Origin: Candidatus Zixiibacteriota bacterium
GTDB lineage: Bacteria > Zixibacteria > MSB-5A5 > JAABVY01
Reading direction: 5' to 3'
DNA: 50,727 bases
Assembly: GCA_014728145.1 (NCBI GenBank)
Contig: WJMC01000141.1
Location: 1 to 50,727, forward strand
Within the stretch, counting starts at the first letter, position 1, and every line of letters starts with the position of its first letter. The notes under the pieces are model-generated. The model was not told where the DNA came from. It was given only the letters and a program-made list of their open reading frames with translations, and did no database searches. A program made the position numbers and the translations under genes. Positions 17,157-26,234 of this stretch are shown piece by piece.

Positions 17157-18197
17157 TCATCCCCGGTCAGCGGCGAGTTGGCCGCAGGCGGCCTTGATAT
17201 CTGCCCCGCGCGAATTGCGCACCGTGACTGCCGGCGCACGCGGATAGAGGTAATCCCTGAATGCCAGGAGATCTTCGTTGGTGGAGGGCTTTAAGTCGGG
17301 AGGCATATCCTCTGCTGGATTGTAATTGATCAGGTTTATCTTGCAGGGTACTCCCTTGATGAATTCGGCCAGTTTCTGAGCCATTTCGAGCGTATCGGTA
17401 ATCCCGGACAGCATCAGGTATTCAAATGTCACACGCATACCGAACTTGTCGCAATAGTACTGTGCGGCGCGCTTGAGTTCCGGCAACGGGTACTTATTCG
17501 CAATCGGCATCAATTTTCGCCTCACATCCTGGTCAGCGCAGTTGAGCGAGATTGCCAGACGGATTTTGAGCAAATCGTCGCTGAGGCGGTAGATGCCGTC
17601 GACATGCCCGGAAGTCGAGATCGTGATCTTGCGGTAACCGATGCCAAAGCCTTTTTCAGAACGAAGTATTTCGACAGCCTTTTTGATATTTTCGTAGTTC
17701 AGAAACGGCTCACCCATCCCCATGAAAACCAGGTTGGTAATCCGTTCCTCAGATGACAGCCCGGCCCTGATAACAGCCACCTGAGCGAGAATCTCACCCA
17801 CCTCCAAATCACGCATGAATCCCATACCGGAAGTTCTGCAGAATTGACATCCCAGCGGACATCCGACCTGCGAGGAAATACACAAAGTCAGGCGGTCATA
17901 TTCGGGAATCTTGACTGCTTCGACACAATCGCCATCACCGAGACGAAAGAGATACTTGATCGTACCGTCCGCTGATCTTTGAACTTTTTCTACCACAGGC
18001 AGGCTGACATGGCAGTTGTTTTCCAGCTCGGACCTGAATCCCTTGGAGAGGTTGGTCATATCTGAGAAATCGTAACGGCCTTTCTGGTACATCCATTGAA
18101 ACAACTGTCTGCCGGCGAATTTTTTGTACCCTTTGTCGAGGACAAACTTTTCGAGTTCAGTCTCTGTCAAACCGAACAGGTTAGTCATTGCGGTCAC
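17157..18197 (-). CDS. rlmN: 23S rRNA/tRNA (adenine-C2)-methyltransferase RlmN (radical SAM)
   Basis: 'CISSQVGCPLGCQFC' radical-SAM cluster, 'GMGEPFLN', and C-terminal 'NSRGADIKAACGQL'. The track's start is the GTG at 18197. An ATG at 18188 is an alternative. Confidence 0.9.
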   Translation of the reverse strand: MTAMTNLFGLTETELEKFVLDKGYKKFAGRQLFQWMYQKGRYDFSDMTNLSKGFRSELENNCHVSLPVVEKVQRSADGTIKYLFRLGDGDCVEAVKIPEYDRLTLCISSQVGCPLGCQFCRTSGMGFMRDLEVGEILAQVAVIRAGLSSEERITNLVFMGMGEPFLNYENIKKAVEILRSEKGFGIGYRKITISTSGHVDGIYRLSDDLLKIRLAISLNCADQDVRRKLMPIANKYPLPELKRAAQYYCDKFGMRVTFEYLMLSGITDTLEMAQKLAEFIKGVPCKINLINYNPAEDMPPDLKPSTNEDLLAFRDYLYPRAPAVTVRNSRGADIKAACGQLAADRG

Positions 18198-19506
18198 TCT
18201 TTCTCAGTTTGAACATTATCTTGATCGGCACACCTTCGAACTTGAAGTGATCTCGAAGCTGATTCTCGAGGTATCGCTGATAATCATCTTTTATCAGCTT
18301 GGGGAAATTAGAGAAAATTATGAAACGCGGGGGTTTGATGTCGACCTGTGTTATGTAAAGCAGGCGGATATGCTTGCCCTGCACCGCCGGTGGATGTTTC
18401 CGGGCGACTGTCTTTTCCAAAAATTTGTTCAATTCGGAGGTCTTGATGCGTTTATTCTGTTCGTCATCGACATATTGCATAAACTTAAACATGCGCATGA
18501 CTTTCCTGCCGGTCAAAGCAGACATGAACATAATCGGTATAAACCTGTAGGTCGGAATCTTGTTGTAGATGGCCTGCCGATATCGATCGGCCATATCCTG
18601 ACCTGCATCAATCAGGTCCCACTTGTTAACACACAGCACAAGCGCTTTGCCCGCTTTCATGATCTGGTTGATAATCTGGACATCCTGGTTCAGGAGACCC
18701 TCCTGGGCTTCAATCAGGAGCATGGCCACATCACAGCGTTCGAGTGCCTTGATTGTCCTCAAGGTCATAAAGTACTCGAGGTTTTCCTTGATTCTCGATC
18801 TGCGCCTGAGCCCGGCCGTGTCGATCAGTATATATTCGCGGTCTTCGAAACGGACCGCAAGATCGACCGCGTCGCGGGTCGTGCCGGGAATATCTGTGAC
18901 TATCTGCCTCTGGCACCCGAGTAGAAAGTTAACCAGGGAGGATTTACCGACATTGGGACGGCCCAGTATCGCAATCTTGAGCTTGTCCGATTCAGGCTCG
19001 TCAACCTGTTCCGGCATTAATTCAGTCAGTCGATCGAGCATATCCGCCAGGTTGAGACCATTCGCGGCGGATATAGGCTGTGGCTCATCCAATCCGAGGT
19101 TCATGAACTCATAGACATCGATAGCCAGATCGGGATTATCGGCCTTGTTGGCAACGAGGAGAACCGGCTTGTCCTGCTTTAAGAGCCTGACAGCGATTTC
19201 ACGATCGAGATCGGTAGGTCCCACCCGGGCATCGACAATGAAGATTATCTGGTCGGCTTCCTCGATTGCGGCCTCGGCTTGCTCACGCACCATCGTCTCG
19301 ATCAGGTCCTCAGATTTGGGGACATATCCTCCCGTATCGATCAAGTTGAATTCGCGGCCGTTCCATTCGCCCTTGCTGTAGATACGGTCACGAGTCACAC
19401 CCGGCTGGTCATCCGTGATCGAGAGACGGTCGCGGATAATCCGGTTGAACATGGTCGACTTACCGACATTCGGTCGACCAACTATCGCCACCAGTGGTAA
19501 CGGCAT
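18181..19506 (-). CDS. der: ribosome-associated GTPase Der (EngA)
   Basis: Two tandem G domains ('GRPNVGKST', 'DTGG'; 'GRPNVGKSS', 'DTAG', 'NKWD') plus a KH-like C-terminus. The ATG at 19506 overlaps the upstream stop (ATGA). The track's 17-codon N-extension is rejected. Confidence 0.9.
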   Translation of the reverse strand: MPLPLVAIVGRPNVGKSTMFNRIIRDRLSITDDQPGVTRDRIYSKGEWNGREFNLIDTGGYVPKSEDLIETMVREQAEAAIEEADQIIFIVDARVGPTDLDREIAVRLLKQDKPVLLVANKADNPDLAIDVYEFMNLGLDEPQPISAANGLNLADMLDRLTELMPEQVDEPESDKLKIAILGRPNVGKSSLVNFLLGCQRQIVTDIPGTTRDAVDLAVRFEDREYILIDTAGLRRRSRIKENLEYFMTLRTIKALERCDVAMLLIEAQEGLLNQDVQIINQIMKAGKALVLCVNKWDLIDAGQDMADRYRQAIYNKIPTYRFIPIMFMSALTGRKVMRMFKFMQYVDDEQNKRIKTSELNKFLEKTVARKHPPAVQGKHIRLLYITQVDIKPPRFIIFSNFPKLIKDDYQRYLENQLRDHFKFEGVPIKIMFKLRKSDRND

Positions 19507-20783
19507 CAGCTGTACCTCCTCAGAATCGGCATGCAGGTAGTATACGGAGAATAGCACCCTGCCACCACCGGTATATTTAACTTGGCGGAAATATCTTCAG
19601 GAGTCCAGTCGTCCAGGAACTTCCCCTCGCTGTTGAGACAGTTTGGAGGCAACAGGATAACATCATAACAACATTTTTGCTTTTTGAGGTTGCGATAGAT
19701 ATCCTCACCTCCCAGAAGTCCTGACACAGTGATCGAATTCCCCAGAAGCTTGTTTTCGACCGCCGACACATCGATATCGAAGTTTTCGATTCGCTCGAGT
19801 TTTTGAGCCAAGACCTGAGGCAACAGTTTTTCCATGAGCATCCCCGTCACCACAACCGCGCGCAGTTTCCTGGTCAGGTGTATTGCCGGCAGTTTCCTGC
19901 TTGAAAGCAATTGCCTGAGCATCCCCACCCCGTCCTCGATCTGGGGAAAGCCATCGTAGTATCCTCTGGATGGGATCTCCCTTTTAGCCAGAATAAAGAA
20001 CTCATCGGCCGGATAAACAAAGCGACAGTCAAGACGCTTCTGAAAAGCAGATTGCATTTTTTCGATCTGGTCCAATGCTGAAACCGCTGTTGCAGGTGTT
20101 ACCGGATCCAGCTCGGGCAGATATTTCCTGTGAGCTGTCAGCCCGACAGGAACGACCGCGACTGAACTCAGATGGGGATACATCCGCGACAAATCCGTAA
20201 CCGTCCGCTCCAGGTGGATTTTGTCGTTGATTCCCGGGCACAACACCACCTGCGTATGCAAATCGATTCCGGCCGATATCAGCCTTGTAAGCTGAGGTCT
20301 GAGCGGGGGCAGATTCTTTTTTCCCAGCATATATTCGCGTAGTTTTTCGTCAGTGGAATGAACCGAAATATACAAAGGCGACAAATGCATCTCGATAATC
20401 CGCTCGAAATCGGCCTCGCTCAGATTTGTCAAGGTTATGTAGTTTCCATGAAGAAACGACTGACGATAATCCTCGTCTTTGAGATAGAGGCTTTTACGCA
20501 AACCTCCGGGTAACTGGTGGATAAAACAGAAGATACATTTATTGCGGCATTTTTTGATCGGATCCGGTTCAAATTCGAGTTCGAGAGGCCCGAACTCGGA
20601 AGCGTCATACTCAATCTCCTCCTCCGAACCATCGCGCTTACGAATCTGCAATTTCAGGAAATCATCTGTCGAATGATACTTGAAATCGAGCAGGTCATTT
20701 ATTGGATTACCGTTGATCGCAACCAGGCAATCGCCCGGTTCGAGCTGTGGTTCATATATTTCGCACTTGCTGATTTTCAACAT
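19506..20783 (-). CDS. DUF512-family radical-SAM-like protein with an N-terminal PDZ-like segment
   Basis: 'GDCLVAINGNPINDLLD' (PDZ-like) followed by 'CRNKCIFCFIHQLPGGLRKSLYLKDEDYRQSFLHGNYITLTNL', which is typical of DUF512. The der-adjacent position matches many other genomes. The start is set at the ATG at 20783 because the longer track ORF runs into the tRNA. Confidence 0.75.
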   Translation of the reverse strand: MLKISKCEIYEPQLEPGDCLVAINGNPINDLLDFKYHSTDDFLKLQIRKRDGSEEEIEYDASEFGPLELEFEPDPIKKCRNKCIFCFIHQLPGGLRKSLYLKDEDYRQSFLHGNYITLTNLSEADFERIIEMHLSPLYISVHSTDEKLREYMLGKKNLPPLRPQLTRLISAGIDLHTQVVLCPGINDKIHLERTVTDLSRMYPHLSSVAVVPVGLTAHRKYLPELDPVTPATAVSALDQIEKMQSAFQKRLDCRFVYPADEFFILAKREIPSRGYYDGFPQIEDGVGMLRQLLSSRKLPAIHLTRKLRAVVVTGMLMEKLLPQVLAQKLERIENFDIDVSAVENKLLGNSITVSGLLGGEDIYRNLKKQKCCYDVILLPPNCLNSEGKFLDDWTPEDISAKLNIPVVAGCYSPYTTCMPILRRYS

Positions 20784-20798
20784 ATCACAAAATAACAA

Positions 20799-20870
<72 letters not shown>

Positions 20871-20889
20871 AAACCGATAACAAAACACT

Positions 20890-20918
20890 AATATAAATAG
20901 AAATTGCCTGTCAGGCAA
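20890..20918 (-). promoter_or_regulatory. candidate sigma-70 promoter for tRNA-Gly (and possibly the genes downstream)
   Basis: Minus strand reads TTGCCT-N17-TATATT, ending 19 nt before the tRNA 5' end. The -35 element lies inside a small palindrome, TTGCCTGACAGGCAA. Confidence 0.4.
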
Positions 20919-21007
20919 CAGAATTGAGAAGACTCGAATAGGAATGATTAGACTATCCGGCCATGGATAGCATAGGATAAAATTAAGATTCCCAGGCTAA
21001 TATCTTA

Positions 21008-22528
21008 TCAAGCGGGAGCACTGCTCTTTTTGGCAGTTTCAGCCTGAGATTTTTCCTGCTCTTTTTTGGCTTCCTCGACGGCCTCTTTACGTTGCTGGGC
21101 TTCGAAAGTGGCCTTATCGTACGGCCCCGCCATGATGTTATCATCATAGTATTCGAACAGGGTCGGGCCTCGTTCGGACTGGAGTTCCTTGTACTTGATC
21201 CCGATATGGGCCTGGACTCCGGGAAAGGCCTGTAACTCGGCAACGATTTTGGCCTTGATCAGCGACTTGAATTTCTCCTTGAGTTCTATTTTGCGCTGTT
21301 TGAGAGCCTCGAGCTGTTGCGGAAGATTACGCTTGAAGGCGTCCAGTTTATTGAAGACTTCGACCTTACTCTTGGGAAGCTTATTCGACAGTTTAAGTTT
21401 ATAGAGATCGACTAATGCCTCCTTGACACGACTGCCATCGGCCTGCAAACGCTCCATCTCGCCGTCGATATCCTTGATTTCCTTCATGAGCTTGGCGTCA
21501 TAGGCGACCTTTAGAACGGTCTTGGTACCAGCATCTGCGCCCAGAACCGGTGCTTTTATCAGCTTGCGCGCCGTGCTCGTACCGCCGACAATTTTACCCT
21601 TCTGACCAAGCACATTAATCTCGTTTTTGGCATGAACATGGGCATTGACCGCTTCCCCGCCGATAGTGACATCGCCATCGGCATTGATAGTCTGATTGAG
21701 AATATACTTAATTGTGACATTGCCGGCAGAATTTATTACGCCGTCGCCACGGCCGATGAATCCGCCTCGTATGACAACTTCACCCTTACAATTGATCTCG
21801 GCATCCTCGACATTACCCTCGACCTCGAGATCACCCTCGACTTCGACCTTGAAATCGGATTTAATATCTTCAGTAACTTTCAACGTCCCCTTGCAGGTAA
21901 TGTTGCCGGTCGACTGATCAATTGAGCCGTTTATTGTAGTTACGGGCTGTACACTTACGACCGATCCGGTACTGACAATTGTTCCGGCCTCAGTGGCAGA
22001 CAGAGTCAGGCCATCGGCTGACAGTTCTGTGTTGGAGCCCTTCGAAATTTTGGAATCCTTCCCAGGCTTGGCGGCCAGCTCAGCGCCCAGGACAGATTTA
22101 CCCGGAGTTCCTTTTGTTGCAGGAGTCTTTTTGACCAGCACCTGGCCAGGTTCGGCGTTCTGCAGAAAATCCATGTCGCGGTAGTCGATACGACCGTCTT
22201 CACCCTCTTTGGGCGCGATCTTGCGGTCTTTTTCAAAGCAGTATTCGATCGTGGCATCGACTCCGTGCACCGGCGCCTTACCCTCGGCGACAACACGTTT
22301 TTCATCGTACTGTTTGGCCAATACCATCTCATCGATGGCTTCCTGCTTGATACCGAAATTCACATTTGCCGCCGTCAGCGCTCTCATGACATCACTCGAA
22401 TCAATCGTCAAATCAGCCAGTTCCGCTGAACGCAACTCTACTGTGGCCGAGAGCTTATCGGAAGCGACGGCTACTTTGATGCCCCTTTTTAGTCGTTCTT
22501 CCTTGGTCAGTTCTTCTGAATTACCCAT
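21008..22528 (-). CDS. FapA/DUF342-family protein
   Basis: About 500 aa. Central beta-helix-like repeats ('GDLEVEGNVEDAEINCKGEVVIRGGFIGRGDGVINSAGNVTIKY...'). Then 'GKIVGGTSTARKLIKAPVLGADAGTKTVLKVAYD' followed by a coiled coil, which is the usual DUF342 layout. Confidence 0.7.
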   Translation of the reverse strand: MGNSEELTKEERLKRGIKVAVASDKLSATVELRSAELADLTIDSSDVMRALTAANVNFGIKQEAIDEMVLAKQYDEKRVVAEGKAPVHGVDATIEYCFEKDRKIAPKEGEDGRIDYRDMDFLQNAEPGQVLVKKTPATKGTPGKSVLGAELAAKPGKDSKISKGSNTELSADGLTLSATEAGTIVSTGSVVSVQPVTTINGSIDQSTGNITCKGTLKVTEDIKSDFKVEVEGDLEVEGNVEDAEINCKGEVVIRGGFIGRGDGVINSAGNVTIKYILNQTINADGDVTIGGEAVNAHVHAKNEINVLGQKGKIVGGTSTARKLIKAPVLGADAGTKTVLKVAYDAKLMKEIKDIDGEMERLQADGSRVKEALVDLYKLKLSNKLPKSKVEVFNKLDAFKRNLPQQLEALKQRKIELKEKFKSLIKAKIVAELQAFPGVQAHIGIKYKELQSERGPTLFEYYDDNIMAGPYDKATFEAQQRKEAVEEAKKEQEKSQAETAKKSSAPA

Positions 22529-22532
22529 AACA

Positions 22533-22940
22533 TCACTTCACGGTTGATCCCTCGCGCGAACGCGAAGAAATGATTCTCCAGTATGCTCTTTCGACCACCA
22601 TAGTGATCTCAAAGCTCTTAAACGGTTTGGTTATGTATTCATCCGCGCCGAGTAAGAGAGCGTCTCTGACCGTGTAGGCGTCCCCGAAGGCTGTCATTAC
22701 AATGACTCCTATCTGGGGAGTTTTTTCCTTGATGTGTTTCAGCAGGTCAAAACCGTTCATCTCGGGCATTTTAACATCAGTTATTACTAAATCAACTTTG
22801 CCTTCATCGATTATCTTTAAAGCTTCAGCACCGGAAGACGCTGACAAAATCGAGTAGCCGTCCTTTTCAAGAATCTTGGACAGCAACCCGCGCATCATCT
22901 CCTCATCATCGACAACCAGTATGGTTACTTCCTCTTTCAT
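22533..22940 (-). CDS. single-domain response regulator (CheY-like receiver)
   Basis: 'ILVVDDEEMM', the phospho-acceptor region 'DLVITDVKMPEMNG', 'VIVMTAFGD' and 'EYITKPF'. GGAGG SD site. Confidence 0.85.
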   Translation of the reverse strand: MKEEVTILVVDDEEMMRGLLSKILEKDGYSILSASSGAEALKIIDEGKVDLVITDVKMPEMNGFDLLKHIKEKTPQIGVIVMTAFGDAYTVRDALLLGADEYITKPFKSFEITMVVERAYWRIISSRSREGSTVK

Positions 22941-22962
22941 CTAACCTCCGGAATTGTTGAAT

Positions 22963-23610
22963 CTACCCGTTTCGAAAATCTGGAATAGCTTCGGGTACCT
23001 GATATGGTGATGCCGAAAGCTTGTTTAAATAGCTGACTATCTGATCGATCTCCATCTCGAGGTAACCGGAAACCGGCGGTTTCTCGGACGAAAACGATCC
23101 TGAAACTTCCTGGGATTCACGGCAGTATACTATTGTGCCACCACTGTTTTGCAAAGATAGCAGGTCGTTTTTCAGCTCTTCGGTTTTCAACGCGGCATTG
23201 GTCAACATGATCAGAATCACCTGCCCGGCGAACACGTCTGCGCAGTTCTTGAAACAACTTCCCCATTGCAAGGACACATCGCCTTCCTGCCCGCATCTTT
23301 GCGAATGCGCGCTCAATAAATCTTCTTCGCGCTCAAACATCGGGCACATACCGTAAGGTATCACATAGGCTTCACCATTGTAAATGCTTCTCCTCTGTTG
23401 CAGGCGAACCGTCTTCAGAACCGAAGTTTTGCTCCAGGCCGCTGTCAGCGGTTCGGAGAAATCCGACTCCATCTGTTGTAGCACAACTACCGGCATAGAA
23501 AAATCTTTCACCAATCCCGAAAGGATATCATTTACCAGGGGCGGTCCCCCCAGGGAGGCCGCCAGTATCACAATTTTATCGATCAATGGACTTACTTCCT
23601 TTGACACCAT
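22963..23610 (-). CDS. receiver-less CheB-methylesterase-like protein with a degenerate catalytic triad
   Basis: 'KIVILAASLGGPPLVNDILSGL..PVVVLQQM' aligns by eye with the CheB pattern 'vvaIGaSTGGP.AL..vl..LP...P.vivQHM'. The Ser is kept and His is replaced by Gln. 'ILIMLTNAALKTEE' stands in place of 'viLTGMGnDGa', so the Asp is not conserved. There is no REC domain. Confidence 0.6.
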   Translation of the reverse strand: MVSKEVSPLIDKIVILAASLGGPPLVNDILSGLVKDFSMPVVVLQQMESDFSEPLTAAWSKTSVLKTVRLQQRRSIYNGEAYVIPYGMCPMFEREEDLLSAHSQRCGQEGDVSLQWGSCFKNCADVFAGQVILIMLTNAALKTEELKNDLLSLQNSGGTIVYCRESQEVSGSFSSEKPPVSGYLEMEIDQIVSYLNKLSASPYQVPEAIPDFRNG

Positions 23611-23621
23611 CTATGATTAAT

Positions 23622-23648
23622 TTATCGGCACATAAACCTTATTGCTTA
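23622..23648 (-). promoter_or_regulatory. sigma-28 (FliA) type promoter
   Basis: Minus strand reads TAAG-N15-GCCGATAA (consensus TAAA-N15-GCCGATAA). The -10 box ends 11 nt before the ATG at 23610 and there is no SD sequence. Confidence 0.6.
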
Positions 23649-23717
23649 GTCAACTTTGCCGAATAACTCGCCGATTTTGCATTTAGCGTTACGGGAGTAT
23701 TTACTATATCCAACAGT

Positions 23718-24071
23718 CTACTTTAAACCACGCGCCTGAAGAAAATTTTTGCTGATTCTCTGGACAAAATCAAGTATGTTTTTCAGGTTTTCTTCTAAAG
23801 CTTCATGGTCGACATCGTCGTCGCACGGTTCAGATTTTCGTTCCAGACCCACCAGTCCCAGAAATTTTGTTAACTGGTTGACAGATTCCAAAGAAGTCGT
23901 CACCAGCTCAGTAAGATCTTTCTTGGCGGCATCGAGACCGGGTGAATCGGGATGAAACTTGGCCGAGGCGATCGCCAGGTTAAGAGCGGTCATACGAATT
24001 TCCTCGACCAGTTCGACCAGGTCTTTCAACTGGCCTCTGGGCGGCGGCGCGGTTTTTCTTGTTTCTTCCAT
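23718..24071 (-). CDS. 117-aa helical protein, possibly related to the MCP signalling hairpin tip
   Basis: 'IRMTALNLAIASAKFHPDSPGLDAAKKDLTELVTTSLESVNQL' resembles 'I..qTNLLALNAAIEAARAGE.GRGFAVVADEVRKLAERS..at.eI' of methyl-accepting chemotaxis proteins. The start overlaps the upstream receiver's stop (ATGA). Confidence 0.4.
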   Translation of the reverse strand: MEETRKTAPPPRGQLKDLVELVEEIRMTALNLAIASAKFHPDSPGLDAAKKDLTELVTTSLESVNQLTKFLGLVGLERKSEPCDDDVDHEALEENLKNILDFVQRISKNFLQARGLK

Positions 24072-24424
24072 CAGAGCTTGAGGATCTCCCTTATCTTGTT
24101 TTTTAACTCACTCAGGTCAGCCGATTTGATTACATAGTCCTCTGCAAGCCAGGACTGGAAATTGTTCTTATAAGTGTTATAAGCCGTGTTCAGGATGACG
24201 GGCAGGTCGCTGTATTTCTGTTTTACCTGCGACAATGTCTCCAGGCCATCCTTGTCATCCATTTTAACATCCAAAACGATGATATCTGGAAGGCCCTCTT
24301 CGAGCCTCACCAGAGCCTGATCGCCGGAGGATGCCAGATCGACATCAAAACCCTCCGAAGTTAATTCCATTTTGTACAGTTTGAGGATATTTTCCTCGTC
24401 ATCGACAACCAGCACCCTGGCCAT
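24071..24424 (-). CDS. single-domain response regulator (CheY-like receiver)
   Basis: 'VLVVDDEENI', 'DIIVLDVKMDDKDG', 'VILNTAY' and 'DYVIKS'. Confidence 0.85.
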   Translation of the reverse strand: MARVLVVDDEENILKLYKMELTSEGFDVDLASSGDQALVRLEEGLPDIIVLDVKMDDKDGLETLSQVKQKYSDLPVILNTAYNTYKNNFQSWLAEDYVIKSADLSELKNKIREILKL

Positions 24425-24427
24425 TGT

Positions 24428-26182
24428 TCACCTCGCTTGCGGCAAAAGCAGAAACAGGCTGCTCATATCTGTATCACCCGATTCCACTCCGACCTGGCCG
24501 CCATTGTAATGTATGACTTCGATTGCCATGTTCAGTTTCAGTCCATGCCTGCCCACACGGGGATTGACCAAACCTGCCAGTACATCATTATTGCAGTTTT
24601 CCGTATCTTGTGGGCATATTACGGCTTTAATAGATTTATCGGCAGTATGAAATCCAATATTAACCGCTTGATCTGGATTAACTTTCTCTGAAAGTAGTGA
24701 CAAAATTGTGAACATCGCAAACTTGATCTGATCGCGCCGGGCATTCACCTTGAAATCATGTTCCATAAATGAACGATCTATTAGCGCGTTAAGGTTCAAT
24801 AAGCGCGCGTTCATCAATTCCAGCACTTCACGTATCAAAGCCGGGAGATTGAAATCAGACTTTTCCTGTGAAAATGATTTCGAGAAATCGAGCACCGTAT
24901 TGATGGCTTTTTCAAGTCTCTGGCATTCGGCAAAGATAATATCAGACTGTTCTCTAATATGTTCGGGCAGATCGTTTGATTTCTGCATGAGGGCAGCGAA
25001 CCCCCCGATTATCGAAGCCGGATTGCGCAGTTCATGAGCGATATCATAGGTCAATTCACTCCAGAGCGAGACTTTTTCGAGTTTCAACAATTCATCCTGG
25101 GCGTTGATCAGATTCTGGTTGGTAGCCTCGAGTTCGACTAAATTTGCCTCCAGGCTTTCGTACAGGCGGCTACGCTCAATTGCCACCGCGGCCTGGTCGG
25201 CAAATGTCTTCAGACGCGAGAGGTCCCCGCTTGAAATCGGACGGGCGGTGATCAGGTTGTCGGCAACGATCACACCCAGCACGTTGTCGCCGGTAACCAT
25301 AGGTACGGCCGCGAATTCACCTGCGTCATGAAGCAGGCATCCCCTGCAATCCAGCTCGCAGAGACAGTCAACGGCGCAGATGATTTCACCCCGTTTTTCG
25401 AACAGTACAGATTCGAGCAGTTTGCTGCCCGTCTTCAGTGGAATCTTCACGGAACGTATCTTTTTAGCCAGTCCTTCCGATGAATAACCGGGAATCCCGG
25501 CATATTGGTTGAGAATTTCTTCGAGACTTTTACCCTCGTCAGGCAATGATTCCCAGATCCTGCCGGCTTCGCTGGGTGTTGATGGTCCAATCGCGGAATG
25601 CCCCATCAGGCAGTTTTCCCGGTCGTCATACATAAACAGCATGGCACGATTGAATCCGAGCCCTTCTCTCGCTGTTACGGCCACAAGAATGATCTGCAGG
25701 ATTTCCTCGAAACTCGACTTCGACCCGAGGGCCGAGGCCACCTGGGATATCAAAGATATTTCATTATTCTTGCGGGTTAGCTGTTTCGAGAGACTGACTG
25801 TTTCACTCTGATCCTCGAAGAGATAGACACACAGGTTGTTTCCCCCGAGATCGAGCCGGTAGAATTTCAGACTGCAATGGCGTTTTTCACCTTTAAGGCT
25901 GGAGAACTGGAAATTGGCATCGGAGGCGATACTGCAGAGTCCACCCGTCCGATGAGAGGGCATTAGCTTAAATCCCAATACGGATTCTACCCGGCAGAGC
26001 TGATCGAATTGATCGTGATTATCTTCAGAGCCACCCAAAAAGCGAATAAACGCCGGGTTGTAATAGACACACTGCAGATCGTCATCCACGATCAGGCACG
26101 GTAATGAAATATTCTGTAGAAATCCGGTCAGAAGGCTGAGAGACTCCCTGCCGGTGCGAATTAGCGGAGTCAGTGACGGCAT
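24428..26182 (-). CDS. cytoplasmic PAS-like/GAF sensor histidine kinase with a divergent catalytic domain
   Basis: GAF-like 'ISQVASALGSKSSFEEILQIILVAVTAREGLGFNRAMLFMYDD', a coiled coil, and the H-box 'YDIAHELRNPASIIGGF'. The C-terminal HATPase-like region ('FTILSLLSEKV...VICPQDTEN...GRHGLKLNM') lacks a recognisable N-box Asn and the G1 DxGxG motif. Confidence 0.7.
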   Translation of the reverse strand: MPSLTPLIRTGRESLSLLTGFLQNISLPCLIVDDDLQCVYYNPAFIRFLGGSEDNHDQFDQLCRVESVLGFKLMPSHRTGGLCSIASDANFQFSSLKGEKRHCSLKFYRLDLGGNNLCVYLFEDQSETVSLSKQLTRKNNEISLISQVASALGSKSSFEEILQIILVAVTAREGLGFNRAMLFMYDDRENCLMGHSAIGPSTPSEAGRIWESLPDEGKSLEEILNQYAGIPGYSSEGLAKKIRSVKIPLKTGSKLLESVLFEKRGEIICAVDCLCELDCRGCLLHDAGEFAAVPMVTGDNVLGVIVADNLITARPISSGDLSRLKTFADQAAVAIERSRLYESLEANLVELEATNQNLINAQDELLKLEKVSLWSELTYDIAHELRNPASIIGGFAALMQKSNDLPEHIREQSDIIFAECQRLEKAINTVLDFSKSFSQEKSDFNLPALIREVLELMNARLLNLNALIDRSFMEHDFKVNARRDQIKFAMFTILSLLSEKVNPDQAVNIGFHTADKSIKAVICPQDTENCNNDVLAGLVNPRVGRHGLKLNMAIEVIHYNGGQVGVESGDTDMSSLFLLLPQAR

Positions 26183-26234
26183 CCGATGACCTCACTCTGA
26201 GTTCCGATTCTATGTTGTCATTCAGCCAGCGTAA

